This document shows positions 1 to 9,177 of a DNA stretch of 64,000 nucleotides, in pieces; positions within the stretch are counted from its first letter, which is position 1, and the number at the start of each line of letters is the position of its first letter. Under the pieces are notes generated by a model, which was given only the letters and a program-made list of their open reading frames with translations, ran no database searches and had not been told where the DNA came from. The position numbers were made by a program, and so were the translations under genes. Source of the DNA: an uncultured Gammaproteobacteria bacterium (GTDB lineage Bacteria; Patescibacteriota; Patescibacteriia; Patescibacteriales; Patescibacteriaceae); contig CAZASI010000002.1 of the NCBI GenBank assembly GCA_964487795.1, positions 180,349-244,348 on the forward strand, given 5' to 3'.

Positions 1-528
1 GTTATCGGACTACTTGGCTTATATATTATGGTTCATTTGCCAGGTCAAGAGTATCGACTGGAGCGTTTTAAATGTTTTATTGATACGGGGCAAGATAGTC
101 GAGGTTCATGTTATCAAATAAACCAATCTCTCATAGCTATTGGATCCGGAGGAATTACCGGTCGAGGACTTGGTGAAAGCCGGCAAAAGTTTTTATATTT
201 GCCCGAAGTACAGAACGATTTTATTTTCGCAGTTATTGCTGAAGAAACTGGACTCATAGGTGCGGGTGCAATTATTATTTTATTTGCCTTCTTGGCTTTT
301 CGCTCTTGGGCAATTGCCAAAGGCGCGCCCGATGGGTTTGGACGAAACTTTTGCGTCGGTATCTCAGTTTGGCTTGTTGTGCAGGCAATTTTAAATATTG
401 GCGGTATTACCAATTTCTTACCGATGACCGGGGTGCCCTTGCCGCTCATTAGTTATGGCGGAACTGCAGTTATTGCATCAATGGCCGGCTTAGGAGTCGT
501 CGCCAATGTTAGTCGTTATACATCATAA
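1..528 (+). CDS. SEDS family protein (FtsW/RodA/SpoVE), C-terminal part; 5' end lies outside the window
   Basis: Frame 1 is open from base 1. SEDS motifs seen: QINQSLIAIGSGGITGRGLG, LPEVQNDFIFAVIAEETG, PMTGVPLPLISYGGTA. Confidence 0.85.
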   Translation, partial: VIGLLGLYIMVHLPGQEYRLERFKCFIDTGQDSRGSCYQINQSLIAIGSGGITGRGLGESRQKFLYLPEVQNDFIFAVIAEETGLIGAGAIIILFAFLAFRSWAIAKGAPDGFGRNFCVGISVWLVVQAILNIGGITNFLPMTGVPLPLISYGGTAVIASMAGLGVVANVSRYTS

Positions 529-529
529 T

Positions 530-892
530 ATGAAAAAACTTTTTCTATTGTTTTCCTGTGTTATAGTTCTTAGTGCTTGTGGCACAGTTAAAACAAATCA
601 AAATATACAGTTAGCTGAAGCGAGTATTCCGCCGGGTAAGTTTTATTTTAAATCAACCACTTGCCTGCATTGTAAAACTGTCGATACCTATATTACGGAA
701 AATAACATTCAGCAAAAAGTTTTCTTTGTAACGCGTGAAATAAACAATGACTCAAGCGCCGTTGCTATTCTCAAAACCATTGGCAAGAAATGTCTATTGA
801 GCGATGCTGAATTAGGAGTTCCATTATTCTGGGACGGCACAAATTGTTATATAGGTGATAAGGAAGTTATTGAATATTTTAAAACCTTATAA
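530..892 (+). CDS. Lipoprotein with a glutaredoxin/thioredoxin-like CxxC motif
   Basis: MKKLFLLFSCVIVLSAC lipobox-type signal. CLHC motif followed by a glutaredoxin-like C-terminus (GVPLFWDG..YIGDKEVIEYF). The ATG at 530 is preferred over the upstream start in the ORF track. Confidence 0.6.
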   Translation: MKKLFLLFSCVIVLSACGTVKTNQNIQLAEASIPPGKFYFKSTTCLHCKTVDTYITENNIQQKVFFVTREINNDSSAVAILKTIGKKCLLSDAELGVPLFWDGTNCYIGDKEVIEYFKTL

Positions 893-894
893 GT

Positions 895-2385
895 ATGAAA
901 CAAGAAAACCCGCATATACGTTTACGTGTCGCACCCTCACCAACAGGATTTTTGCATCTTGGTACTTTGCGCAGCGCCTTGTTTGGCTATCTCTTAGCAA
1001 AACACTGGGGTGGTTCGTTTATTTTGCGTATTGAAGATACGGACCAAAAAAGGGAAGTGCCAGGCGCTGTTGAGAGTCTTATAAACGTATTTGACCGACT
1101 GGGCATTTGTTTTGATGAAAGTCCCGAGAAGAATGGAGATTATGGACCATATGTTCAAAGCCAACGTCTTCCATTATATAAAAAATATACTGAAGACTTG
1201 GTAGAGAAAGGCGAGGCATATTATTGTTTTGCCACACCCGAAGAACTTGAGGCATTACGCCAGGAACAAACAGCTCAAAAAATCGCACCGCGCTATGACC
1301 GACGTTTTAGAGATTACCCCTTGGAAGAATCAAGGAAACGCATTGCGGCGGGGGAGGCATATGTTGTTAGGCATAAAATGCCTTTAGACGGCACAGTGAC
1401 TGTTAAGGATGAATTACGCGGCGAAATTAGTTTTAATGCGTCGGATCTTGATGATTATGTTTTACTAAAGTCAGACGGATTTCCCACCTATCATCTATGC
1501 TCGGTGATTGACGATCACGAAATGAAAATCAGTCATGTTACACGAGGAGAGGAGTGGATCCCGTCTTTGCCTAAAAATGTTTTATTATATAAATCATTTG
1601 GCTGGGATGCACCTAAATTTATACACATGCCACTTATTTTAAATAAGTCGGGCGGAAAATTAAGCAAACGCCAAGGTGACGTGTTTGTTGAACAATACCT
1701 TGAGCAAGGATATCTTAAAGAAGCATTGATTAATTTTTGCGTGCTGCTTGGTTGGCACCCTAAAGATAATCAAGAATTCTTCAGCATGGAGGAACTTGAA
1801 AAAGTTTTTGATATTGATGGTATTGGCATAAGTCCGGCCATTTTTGATCAAGAGAAACTTGATTTTATAAATTCATATTATATAAAACAAACACCGCTCC
1901 AGCACTTGCTTGAATTGGCCCGTCCGCATATGAGAGATTTAATGAGCTCCGCAACTGACGAGAAAAGTTCTGACGCGTTTATTATGAAAATTCTCGCGCT
2001 TGAACAACCTCGCATCAAGGTCCTTTCGGAACTCAAGGAGTCTACTCAGTTCTTTTTTAAAGATCAACTTGAGTATGACGCCGAACTTCTTGTTTGGAAA
2101 AAATGTGACCTTAAAGAAACACTAGCTAACCTACGGTTACTAAAAGAAAGATTAGAATTAATTGCAGAAGAGGAGTGGAGTCAGGAATTGCTTGAAACAA
2201 CAATTGTTTCATGGCTCAAATCCTCGGAATTTCCTTTAGGCAATTATCTGTGGCCAATGCGTGTTGCTCTGAGCGGTCAAAAAGCTAGTCCTGGTCCCTT
2301 TGAAATTGCTGCAATTCTTGGAAAAACTGAAAGCTTAGCGAAAATTGAGCGAGCGACTATCCTTTTGTCTAAAAATGTGCTATAA
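895..2385 (+). CDS. gltX: Glutamate--tRNA ligase
   Basis: Class I signature RVAPSPTGFLHLGTLRSALF (HIGH-like) and KLSKRQG (KMSKS-like). Length of 496 aa is typical. Confidence 0.95.
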   Translation: MKQENPHIRLRVAPSPTGFLHLGTLRSALFGYLLAKHWGGSFILRIEDTDQKREVPGAVESLINVFDRLGICFDESPEKNGDYGPYVQSQRLPLYKKYTEDLVEKGEAYYCFATPEELEALRQEQTAQKIAPRYDRRFRDYPLEESRKRIAAGEAYVVRHKMPLDGTVTVKDELRGEISFNASDLDDYVLLKSDGFPTYHLCSVIDDHEMKISHVTRGEEWIPSLPKNVLLYKSFGWDAPKFIHMPLILNKSGGKLSKRQGDVFVEQYLEQGYLKEALINFCVLLGWHPKDNQEFFSMEELEKVFDIDGIGISPAIFDQEKLDFINSYYIKQTPLQHLLELARPHMRDLMSSATDEKSSDAFIMKILALEQPRIKVLSELKESTQFFFKDQLEYDAELLVWKKCDLKETLANLRLLKERLELIAEEEWSQELLETTIVSWLKSSEFPLGNYLWPMRVALSGQKASPGPFEIAAILGKTESLAKIERATILLSKNVL

Positions 2386-2403
2386 TATAAGTGAAATTTA
2401 AAC

Positions 2404-3645
2404 ATGTTTCGAAACGCAAAAATAAAAACCATTTTTATCACTCTTACACTGGCGGCTGCTTCGGCCGCTCTTGTGGTTTCTATCCAAATTGCGCAAGCGG
2501 CCACAACTCCGAATATTAGTTCGGATATTCAGGATTTAAACAATACAATTGAACAGAAGAAAAAACAGTTAAACGATTTAAAAGCTAAACAGGAAGCTTA
2601 TCGTAAGGCCCTGGAGGAAAAACAAAACGAAAAAGCCAGTTTACAAAATCAGATTGCTATTGTAAGTAGCCGCATGTCTGAGGCTGAGCTTAAGCTTGAT
2701 CAAGTTCAGGTCGATATTGAAACTACGAATCTTGAAATACAAAAGATCGGTTTGGAAATAGCAGAAAATGATCAATCAATCGCACAGAATAAAAGTCGCC
2801 TAACCACCGCCATTAAATTATTAAGTCAAGAAGGACATAAATCGCAACTTGAGATTTTGTTACTTAATAACTACCTGACTGAGTACATGAATCAACTGCA
2901 ATACCTTCAGGATATTAACGGAAAGATTTCAGAAGGCTTGAATGATTTAAAGGTAGCAAAACTTGGGTTAGATGAAAGTAAAACTAAACTTGAAGTCAAC
3001 AAAGAAAAATTGCGCGACTTGCGTCAGGATCTTGAACAAAATAAAGTACAACTTGCTTCCGAACGTGACACTAAGAATTATATTCTTGATGAAACAAAAT
3101 CTTCTGAAGCTGAGTACCAACGCCTACTAGCTTCTGCTCGACGCGAGCAACAATCCGCATCAGCTGATATCGTTTCTTTAGAGAAGAGCATGCGTGATAA
3201 AATCAATAAACAAGGTGGAGATAAAGTCGCTTTGAAATATGATGGATTTATTTGGCCCGTACCAAAAAACACCATTACCGCATTTTTCCGAGATCCATCA
3301 TATCCGTTCCGATATATTTTTGAACATGCCGCTGTCGATATCCGCGCCAGTCAATCAACGCCAATCCGAGCAGCCGCTTCCGGTTATATCGGTCGCGCCA
3401 AAAACGGTGGAATGGGTTACAGCTACATTATGATTGTTCATGCTGACGGTTTGGCTACGGTCTACGGACACGTTTCAAAAATTTATGTGAAAGAAGATGA
3501 ATATGTAAGTCAGGGACAAATTATTGGTTTGTCAGGAGCAATGCCCGGAACCCCAGGTGCAGGCCCACTTACCACAGGCCCTCATTTGCACTTTGAAGTG
3601 CGTCTTAATGGAATTCCCGTTAATCCGGTAGAATACTTGCCCTAA
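2404..3645 (+). CDS. M23 family metallopeptidase with N-terminal signal anchor and long coiled coil (EnvC-like architecture)
   Basis: C-terminal LytM motifs HAAVDI...GHVSKIYVKEDEYVSQGQIIG...GPHLHFEVRLNGIPVNP. The N-terminal ~250 aa are heptad-like and Q/E/K rich. Confidence 0.9.
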   Translation: MFRNAKIKTIFITLTLAAASAALVVSIQIAQAATTPNISSDIQDLNNTIEQKKKQLNDLKAKQEAYRKALEEKQNEKASLQNQIAIVSSRMSEAELKLDQVQVDIETTNLEIQKIGLEIAENDQSIAQNKSRLTTAIKLLSQEGHKSQLEILLLNNYLTEYMNQLQYLQDINGKISEGLNDLKVAKLGLDESKTKLEVNKEKLRDLRQDLEQNKVQLASERDTKNYILDETKSSEAEYQRLLASARREQQSASADIVSLEKSMRDKINKQGGDKVALKYDGFIWPVPKNTITAFFRDPSYPFRYIFEHAAVDIRASQSTPIRAAASGYIGRAKNGGMGYSYIMIVHADGLATVYGHVSKIYVKEDEYVSQGQIIGLSGAMPGTPGAGPLTTGPHLHFEVRLNGIPVNPVEYLP

Positions 3646-3662
3646 CCACTAGAATAGGCCCC

Positions 3663-5390
3663 ATGCAAAGCCTTTTAACCCATATTTCACCTGAATACAC
3701 TTTGTTTTTTGAACTGAGTGTTGTTATTAGTATTGGAGTAATTGTGGCGATTGTCATGCGCCTTTTGCGACAGCCGCTTATTGTGAGCCACATCATCACC
3801 GGACTTATCGTTGGTCCTTTTATTTTAAATTTTATTCAATCTTTTGAAATTTTTAATTTGTTTAGCGAAATCGGTATTGCAATATTATTGTTCACTGTCG
3901 GTCTTAGTCTCACGCCCCATGTTATAAAAGATTTTGGTAAAATTGCTTTGGTGACAGGAATCTCTCAAGTGTTATTTACTGCAATCCTTGGTTTTTTTAT
4001 TTGTTTGGCCTTCGGTTGGCCGGTCAATGTTGCAATATATGTTGGAATCGCTTTGGCTTTTTCCAGCACCATTATTATTTTAAAACTTTTGTCGGATAAA
4101 GGTGAGCTCGAATCATTGCATGGAAAAATATCGATTGGATTTTTGTTAGTGCAAGATCTTATCGCATTAATCCTGTTATTTACAATTCCAATTGTTTCAT
4201 CGCCCGACGCTTCATGGATCAGTATCGGCCAAATGTTTCTAAAAGGAATTATTTTAAGTTTAATGGTGTGGACCATCGCTCATAAAATACTAAAACCGCT
4301 CAATTCGTTTCTTTCAAGTTCGCAAGAGCTTTTGTTTTTATTTTCAATTAGTTGGGGATTTATCGTCGCTGCTTTGTTTAAAATTTCTGGTTTTTCAATT
4401 GAAACCGGTGCGCTTATTGCCGGCGTATCATTAGCGGCAATGCCTTCGCGCTATGAAATAAGTGCGCGTCTTTCAACCTTACGAGATTTTTTTATTGTAG
4501 TCTTTTTCATTTTACTCGGCGCTCAAATGGTCCTTACGGGCTTGTGGGACGTTGTCCCTATGGCGATTACCTTGTCGTTATTTGTCTTAATCGGAAATCC
4601 CATCATTCTTATGGTTATTATGGGTTTATATGGTTACCGGAAACGAACATCATTTAAAACTGGCTTAACTGTAGCGCAAATCAGTGAGTTCTCTTTGATT
4701 CTTGTTGCACTTGGAATGAAACTCGGACACGTTGATTCACGTGTTTTGTCTGCAGTTACTCTAATCGGCTTGATTACAATCTTTTGCTCCAGTTACATGA
4801 TCATGTATTCCGATAAGTTATATAATTTGCTTGAACCATTGCTTTCAATTTTTGAAAAAAATTCACCAACTGAAAAAGCATTTAAACAAAAACGCTATCC
4901 AATTATCCTGTTCGGCTGTAATCGTATAGGGCATGACTTCATTGACGCATTTAAAAATGGGCGAAAAAAATTCCTCGTTATTGATTATAGCCCGGAAACA
5001 GTTGCTCAATTGACACGCATGAAGATTCCAACAGAGTTCGGTGATGCAGGCGATATTAATCTATTAGAAACACATGACTTAACAAGCCTAAGTCTTGGGG
5101 TTTCGACAATTCCACATCTTGAAACAAACCTACTGATCACTAAAGAGATCAGAAAATGCAACACAAAGGCTACTTTAATGGTTGTGGCACACAGCATCAA
5201 AGACGCACTGACACTGTATAAAGCCGGTGTTGATTATGTTATCCTGCCACATTTCTTAGGTGGTCGCTATGCAACAGATATATTAGTTAAGCATGGTTCA
5301 AAAAGAAATAAATTCAGCGCTCTTAGAAATAAACATCTAAGCTATCTTCACAATAAGGTTAAATTAGGACACGATCATCCGTCGTTTTAA
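3663..5390 (+). CDS. CPA2-type cation:proton antiporter with C-terminal TrkA-N/RCK-like domain (Kef-like)
   Basis: About 12 predicted TM segments, then a Rossmann-like IILFGCNRIGHDF...LVIDYSPE segment. Confidence 0.85.
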   Translation: MQSLLTHISPEYTLFFELSVVISIGVIVAIVMRLLRQPLIVSHIITGLIVGPFILNFIQSFEIFNLFSEIGIAILLFTVGLSLTPHVIKDFGKIALVTGISQVLFTAILGFFICLAFGWPVNVAIYVGIALAFSSTIIILKLLSDKGELESLHGKISIGFLLVQDLIALILLFTIPIVSSPDASWISIGQMFLKGIILSLMVWTIAHKILKPLNSFLSSSQELLFLFSISWGFIVAALFKISGFSIETGALIAGVSLAAMPSRYEISARLSTLRDFFIVVFFILLGAQMVLTGLWDVVPMAITLSLFVLIGNPIILMVIMGLYGYRKRTSFKTGLTVAQISEFSLILVALGMKLGHVDSRVLSAVTLIGLITIFCSSYMIMYSDKLYNLLEPLLSIFEKNSPTEKAFKQKRYPIILFGCNRIGHDFIDAFKNGRKKFLVIDYSPETVAQLTRMKIPTEFGDAGDINLLETHDLTSLSLGVSTIPHLETNLLITKEIRKCNTKATLMVVAHSIKDALTLYKAGVDYVILPHFLGGRYATDILVKHGSKRNKFSALRNKHLSYLHNKVKLGHDHPSF

Positions 5391-6070
5391 CGCAGGGAAG
5401 TAAATAAAACTGCTTTGCGACCGGAAGGTTGCTCGGTAGGAGAGTAGTCATTAACAGCCTCAAAGAAATTTTGATATCCGTATCGATTGTTTTTTCCTCC
5501 TTGTATACCCGGATCTTGAACGATAAACTCCTGTTTTTTATCATCATATCCAGAAATCACAACAACGTGATAGTCTATATCCGTTCCTTTGTAAGGGGAA
5601 TTAAGTAAAAGTCTTACGTCAACCGGAGCAATCACGGGTCTATTTTCAGCAATTTCTTTCTTGATGTCATTAAGTAGGGGATTTAGAGATACGGTTCCTT
5701 GCCAAGAAAGCTCAGCCAAGTTAACTATTTCTGCGATTCTTTCCATTGACTCATCTTTGCTTACACCAAAGCTTTTTTCTTTAACTGCTAATATTTTTAA
5801 TATTTGATTTTCGGCTTGTGTTGGAGTAATTTTATTACCGTTGTAAAAATTGTCAGTTATAACTATACTTGTTTCTTCACAAGCATTAAGCCAGGGCTCT
5901 TGCCAATTTTCTTGAGGCGCCTGCGAACTAAAAGGCATAGTGAGGCTTTTAGATCCTGGTGTTTGATCTTTTGTTGGGCTAATTGTTTTGTATAGCACAA
6001 AGAAACAAAATCCAGCAATTGCCGTTAGAACCAAGTAGAGTAGATATTTAATATAATGTTTTTTATGCAT
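5387..6070 (-). CDS. Peptidase C39-like domain protein (N-terminal membrane anchor)
   Basis: FSSQAPQENWQEPWLNACEETS (catalytic Cys context) and DYHVVVISGYD...FIVQDPG. Paralog of 6144-6950. Confidence 0.65.
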   Translation of the reverse strand: MHKKHYIKYLLYLVLTAIAGFCFFVLYKTISPTKDQTPGSKSLTMPFSSQAPQENWQEPWLNACEETSIVITDNFYNGNKITPTQAENQILKILAVKEKSFGVSKDESMERIAEIVNLAELSWQGTVSLNPLLNDIKKEIAENRPVIAPVDVRLLLNSPYKGTDIDYHVVVISGYDDKKQEFIVQDPGIQGGKNNRYGYQNFFEAVNDYSPTEQPSGRKAVLFTSLR

Positions 6071-6143
6071 AAAATAGCTTTATAGTATAATTTCTGCTAC
6101 CGTTACTATACTATAACGCGTCTAACTCATTAAAGATACAGTT

Positions 6144-6950
6144 ATGAAAAATAATGGATTTAAAATAGGTTTACTTGTGCTTGCTGTAGCCGCAGTTGGC
6201 TACACTGTTTTTGCCACAATGAACACCAAGGAAGCTCCTGAGACTGAGGAGACAAATCAAACATCATTACCGGAATCAGAGAATAAAGCAGAAGTAGTAA
6301 ACAAAGTAAAAGAAGCGAATGAGGAAAAAGAAGTAGTAAAGCCTATAGTTAGTGCTCCAAAGAAAGAGGCTTTGATTGACAATAAGGTTCCTTTCACATC
6401 TCAAGCACCGACAGGAAACTGGGATGATGAACGTCAACAAGATGGTTGCGAGGAAGCTTCGGCGCTGATGGCCGTATACTGGGCACAAGGCAAAAGCCTT
6501 TCGAGCTCCATTGCATTAGAGAAGATCTTAGGTGCATCTGATTATGCCCTGGAGAAACATGGAGAATTCAGAGACATTTCTGCTGAAGATACCGTACAAT
6601 GGATTTTCAAAGAATATTTTAAATACGACAAAGTCTCGGTTAAGAAGGATGTTTCAATACAGGATATTATTACTGAACTCGAGAAGGGGAATATAATAGT
6701 AATTCCCGCTAATGGTCAAAAATTAGATAACCCATATTTTTCACCTCCCGGACCAGAACGTCATATGTTAGTTGTTCGTGGTTATGACAGAGCAAAAAAG
6801 CAATTTATTACCAATGATCCGGGTACGAAAAGGGGAGCAGCCTTTCGTTACAACGAGACAGTGCTATATAATGCGATACTATCATACGAAACAGGGCATC
6901 ATGAGCCGGTCACACGAACTGAGAAAGATATTATTGTTGTCAGTAAATAA
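6144..6950 (+). CDS. Peptidase C39-like domain protein (N-terminal membrane anchor), paralog of 5387-6070
   Basis: FTSQAPTGNWDDERQQDGCEEAS and HMLVVRGYD...FITNDPG, the same motif order as the divergent neighbour. Confidence 0.65.
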   Translation: MKNNGFKIGLLVLAVAAVGYTVFATMNTKEAPETEETNQTSLPESENKAEVVNKVKEANEEKEVVKPIVSAPKKEALIDNKVPFTSQAPTGNWDDERQQDGCEEASALMAVYWAQGKSLSSSIALEKILGASDYALEKHGEFRDISAEDTVQWIFKEYFKYDKVSVKKDVSIQDIITELEKGNIIVIPANGQKLDNPYFSPPGPERHMLVVRGYDRAKKQFITNDPGTKRGAAFRYNETVLYNAILSYETGHHEPVTRTEKDIIVVSK

Positions 6951-6971
6951 AAAATAGGCACATTTCTGCGC

Positions 6972-7166
6972 CTATAAATCATATACTTCTCCGTCAGTCA
7001 AAATAATTTTTCTGTCCTTACCTTTTTTCATTATTGGAGTATCATCATTTTTACCTGCCCAATTATGGAAAGTCCAGCCTTCTTTAGCGAGCTTTTCTCT
7101 GCTTATACGAGTGGCTTCAGACTGATTATTATGAGTTTCGGGGTTGACCATTATTGATCTTACCAT
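6972..7166 (-). CDS. Small hypothetical protein (64 aa)
   Basis: ORF only. A hairpin at 6954-6975 with a T-run on the minus strand overlaps its stop codon. Confidence 0.35.
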   Translation of the reverse strand: MVRSIMVNPETHNNQSEATRISREKLAKEGWTFHNWAGKNDDTPIMKKGKDRKIILTDGEVYDL

Positions 7167-7235
7167 TATATTTTATTTTTGTTTGAAAATAACTTTTCTA
7201 TAATATAACATATCATTATAATTTTGTCAATATAC

Positions 7236-7263
7236 AAAAATGAGCCCGCAAAGGCTCATTTTT
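7236..7263. terminator. Bidirectional intrinsic terminator
   Basis: AAAAA-TGAGCC-cgcaaa-GGCTCA-TTTTT. Lies downstream of the minus-strand gene 7284-7493. Confidence 0.6.
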
Positions 7264-7283
7264 AATTGAAAAATTAAGCTTGG

Positions 7284-7493
7284 TTATTTATTTTTCTTCA
7301 CTTCCTTAGCTGTCAAAGAAGCTAAATCAGAAATATCATCTTTTAATTCAACAAGAAGCTTTAAAATATCTTTGAACTTTCTTTTTATTTTAGGATCGGC
7401 TGTTTTAAGCAGGGGAGCGAGCTTAGAGGCTGCGGCGCCGAGCACTGTTAAAAGTCCAATTACTTTGATTATGTTGCCGAGTTTTTTAGCCAT
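7284..7493 (-). CDS. Small membrane-anchored protein (69 aa, possibly YtxH-like)
   Basis: N-terminal hydrophobic IKVIGLLTVLGAAASKLAPLL followed by a charged helix. A terminator lies downstream. Confidence 0.45.
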   Translation of the reverse strand: MAKKLGNIIKVIGLLTVLGAAASKLAPLLKTADPKIKRKFKDILKLLVELKDDISDLASLTAKEVKKNK

Positions 7494-7514
7494 AGTGGTT
7501 GTTTAATAATTAAC

Positions 7515-7544
7515 ACTGACAGTATAGCATATTCTATGATATAA
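7515..7544 (+). promoter_or_regulatory. Sigma-70-like promoter for the DUF305 gene
   Basis: CTGACA (7515-7520), 18 nt, TATAAT (7539-7544). Confidence 0.45.
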
Positions 7545-7576
7545 TATGAGAAAGAAATTAATTCAAATAAAAACAT

Positions 7577-8104
7577 ATGGTTAAAACAAAAAGGGTAGCG
7601 GCAAAAAAATCCGTTAAGCCCGTTTCAAGTGTCGCTGTAAGCAAAACAGCTCCTAAAAATGAGAAGTGCGATTCAGTGTGTTGGCTGTGCTGGCTATTCA
7701 AGCTTATGATTGCAATGTTTGCTGTTATGATCGTATTTTGGCTTGGATTTTGCTTTGGTGCACTTAGTGCACAAACTCCCATTAAAAAATTTCAGCCGAA
7801 GATGTCTACTCAAGGTCCGGGCTCTAAATTTTGCTCTGAAAAGTCAGTTGATTCAATGGACACTATGATGGATAAGATGACTCAATCACTTGATGGAAAA
7901 ACGGGGGATGAGTTTGATAAAGAATTCCTTTTGCAAATGATGCTACATCATGAAGGCGCGGTTGAGATGGCAAAACAAGTTCTAGCGCAGTCAAGCAGAG
8001 AAGACCTAAAAGCTTTTGCACAAGCGATTATTGATTCCCAGAATAAGGAGATTGATCAGATGAAGGCCTGGCAAACTAATTGGTTTATGCCAGCAAATAA
8101 CTAA
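7577..8104 (+). CDS. DUF305 domain protein with N-terminal TM segment
   Basis: DKEFLLQMMLHHEGAVEMAKQVL...AFAQAIIDSQNKEIDQMKAW is the typical DUF305 four-helix motif. Confidence 0.75.
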   Translation: MVKTKRVAAKKSVKPVSSVAVSKTAPKNEKCDSVCWLCWLFKLMIAMFAVMIVFWLGFCFGALSAQTPIKKFQPKMSTQGPGSKFCSEKSVDSMDTMMDKMTQSLDGKTGDEFDKEFLLQMMLHHEGAVEMAKQVLAQSSREDLKAFAQAIIDSQNKEIDQMKAWQTNWFMPANN

Positions 8105-8121
8105 AGTATCGTTCAGAAGTT

Positions 8122-8148
8122 AAAAACCGCCCATCCGGGCGGTTTTTT
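8122..8148 (+). terminator. Intrinsic terminator
   Basis: CCGCCC-atcc-GGGCGG (8127-8142) followed by T6. Confidence 0.8.
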
Positions 8149-8245
8149 AATAGTTCATTGCTATTATTGACAATATTTAAAAAAAGTATTATTATAAACT
8201 ATTAATTAATTTTATACATTTTAGTTCTTTTAAAGGAGAATAACA

Positions 8246-8845
8246 TTGTTTAAAGCAATTAGATACATCTGGGGCTTCTACTTTAGCAAAGATCACTGGC
8301 CCAAAACTAAAAGTGACTTCAAGGATGCGAGAGAACCATTGTTGGTGGCGCTCTTGGCCGTAGTAATATGGTACATCTTTGTCTGGGGGACAATCAAAGT
8401 TCAACCGGAAAATACTGAAATTGTATCGTTAATGGTCGGTGCGGTGATGGTTTTCTCAGCAATCATGCCTATAGTTACTATTAACCGAGTCGCAGCACAA
8501 TTCGATGGGATTGTGACGACTTCCTTTCAATGGAAAGCAAAGAAAGAGGGGGATGATGGAGAATCGTATTTTATGAATTTTTTGGCAAATTACACACCCC
8601 GTATTGATTTAAGGACTCATTTATTTCTTGTAATTACATCGATGTCGGCGATATTTTCATCAATGATACCGCCCTATGAACAATTTTACACTGGAGCATT
8701 TTTTGTTTTTATTATCACCTTGTTCCATTACTATTGTTTAGTAGTCGCTATTAAATTGGATAACCCAAACTTAAAAGCATTAGGTGTGCCGGAGAAATGG
8801 ATTAATAGATTGAAGGAATTAGGCTTTAAGGTCAATGATGTTTAA
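8246..8845 (+). CDS. Hypothetical integral membrane protein
   Basis: TTG start 7 nt after AAAGGAGA. About 5 hydrophobic segments. No recognisable motif. Confidence 0.6.
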   Translation: MFKAIRYIWGFYFSKDHWPKTKSDFKDAREPLLVALLAVVIWYIFVWGTIKVQPENTEIVSLMVGAVMVFSAIMPIVTINRVAAQFDGIVTTSFQWKAKKEGDDGESYFMNFLANYTPRIDLRTHLFLVITSMSAIFSSMIPPYEQFYTGAFFVFIITLFHYYCLVVAIKLDNPNLKALGVPEKWINRLKELGFKVNDV

Positions 8846-8850
8846 ACAAT

Positions 8851-8881
8851 AAAAAAAGCCGAGTAGCAATACTCGGTTTTT
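8851..8881. terminator. Bidirectional intrinsic terminator
   Basis: A7-CCGAGTA-gcaa-TACTCGG-T5. Confidence 0.8.
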
Positions 8882-8887
8882 GAATAG

Positions 8888-9028
8888 AAAAAACCTGTCA
8901 CATGGTCGTGGCATATCCTAAGTAGGGGATAAGCTTCGGAGTGTGCGACAGGTCTAAACAACACCTGGTAATTTTCCCTAAAACATTATAGGAGGAATTC
9001 ATATAATCTTTAGTTTTGTTGACCAGGT
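8888..9028 (-). ncRNA. Candidate ~141-nt sRNA: two long hairpins, anti-SD (CCUCC) apical loop, U6 terminator
   Basis: Predicted +1 at A9028, 7 nt after the -10 box. Hairpin 1 spans 9028-8963 (ACCUGGU/ACCAGGU, CUAAA/UUUAG, AUUAUA/UAUAAU, loop UGAAUUCCUCC). Hairpin 2 spans 8953-8893 and is followed by U6 (8893-8888). No ORF. Confidence 0.5.
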
Positions 9029-9034
9029 AAAAGA

Positions 9035-9063
9035 ATAATACAACAACACCTTAAATGTGTCAA
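9035..9063 (-). promoter_or_regulatory. Sigma-70-like promoter of the sRNA candidate
   Basis: Minus strand: TTGACA (9063-9058), 17 nt, TATTAT (9040-9035). Confidence 0.5.
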
Positions 9064-9177
9064 CGTATCAGGGGAGAGTTTAAAAGCCTGTATTTTCAAG
9101 ATTACACCACGTCGCACAATGTAACTTATACGACATACCATATAAAGCAAAACCTCCTGTTTAATACAACAAGAGGC

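Noticed and set aside
8893-9028. Plus-strand reading of the sRNA region as a CsrB-like GGA-loop decoy RNA, or as an SD plus start for a small gene (AGGAGGAATTCATA)
   Set aside because: No ATG, GTG or TTG occurs at a usable distance after the AGGAGG. There is no plus-strand promoter or terminator, since the U-run and the consensus promoter are both on the minus strand.
9000-9131. Possible 43-aa ORF (MVCRISYIVRRG...) downstream of the 216-aa orphan gene, 11 nt after an AGGAGG
   Set aside because: The SD spacing is long. The ORF runs through the sRNA promoter and the first hairpin. The peptide has no convincing features. It is more likely non-coding.
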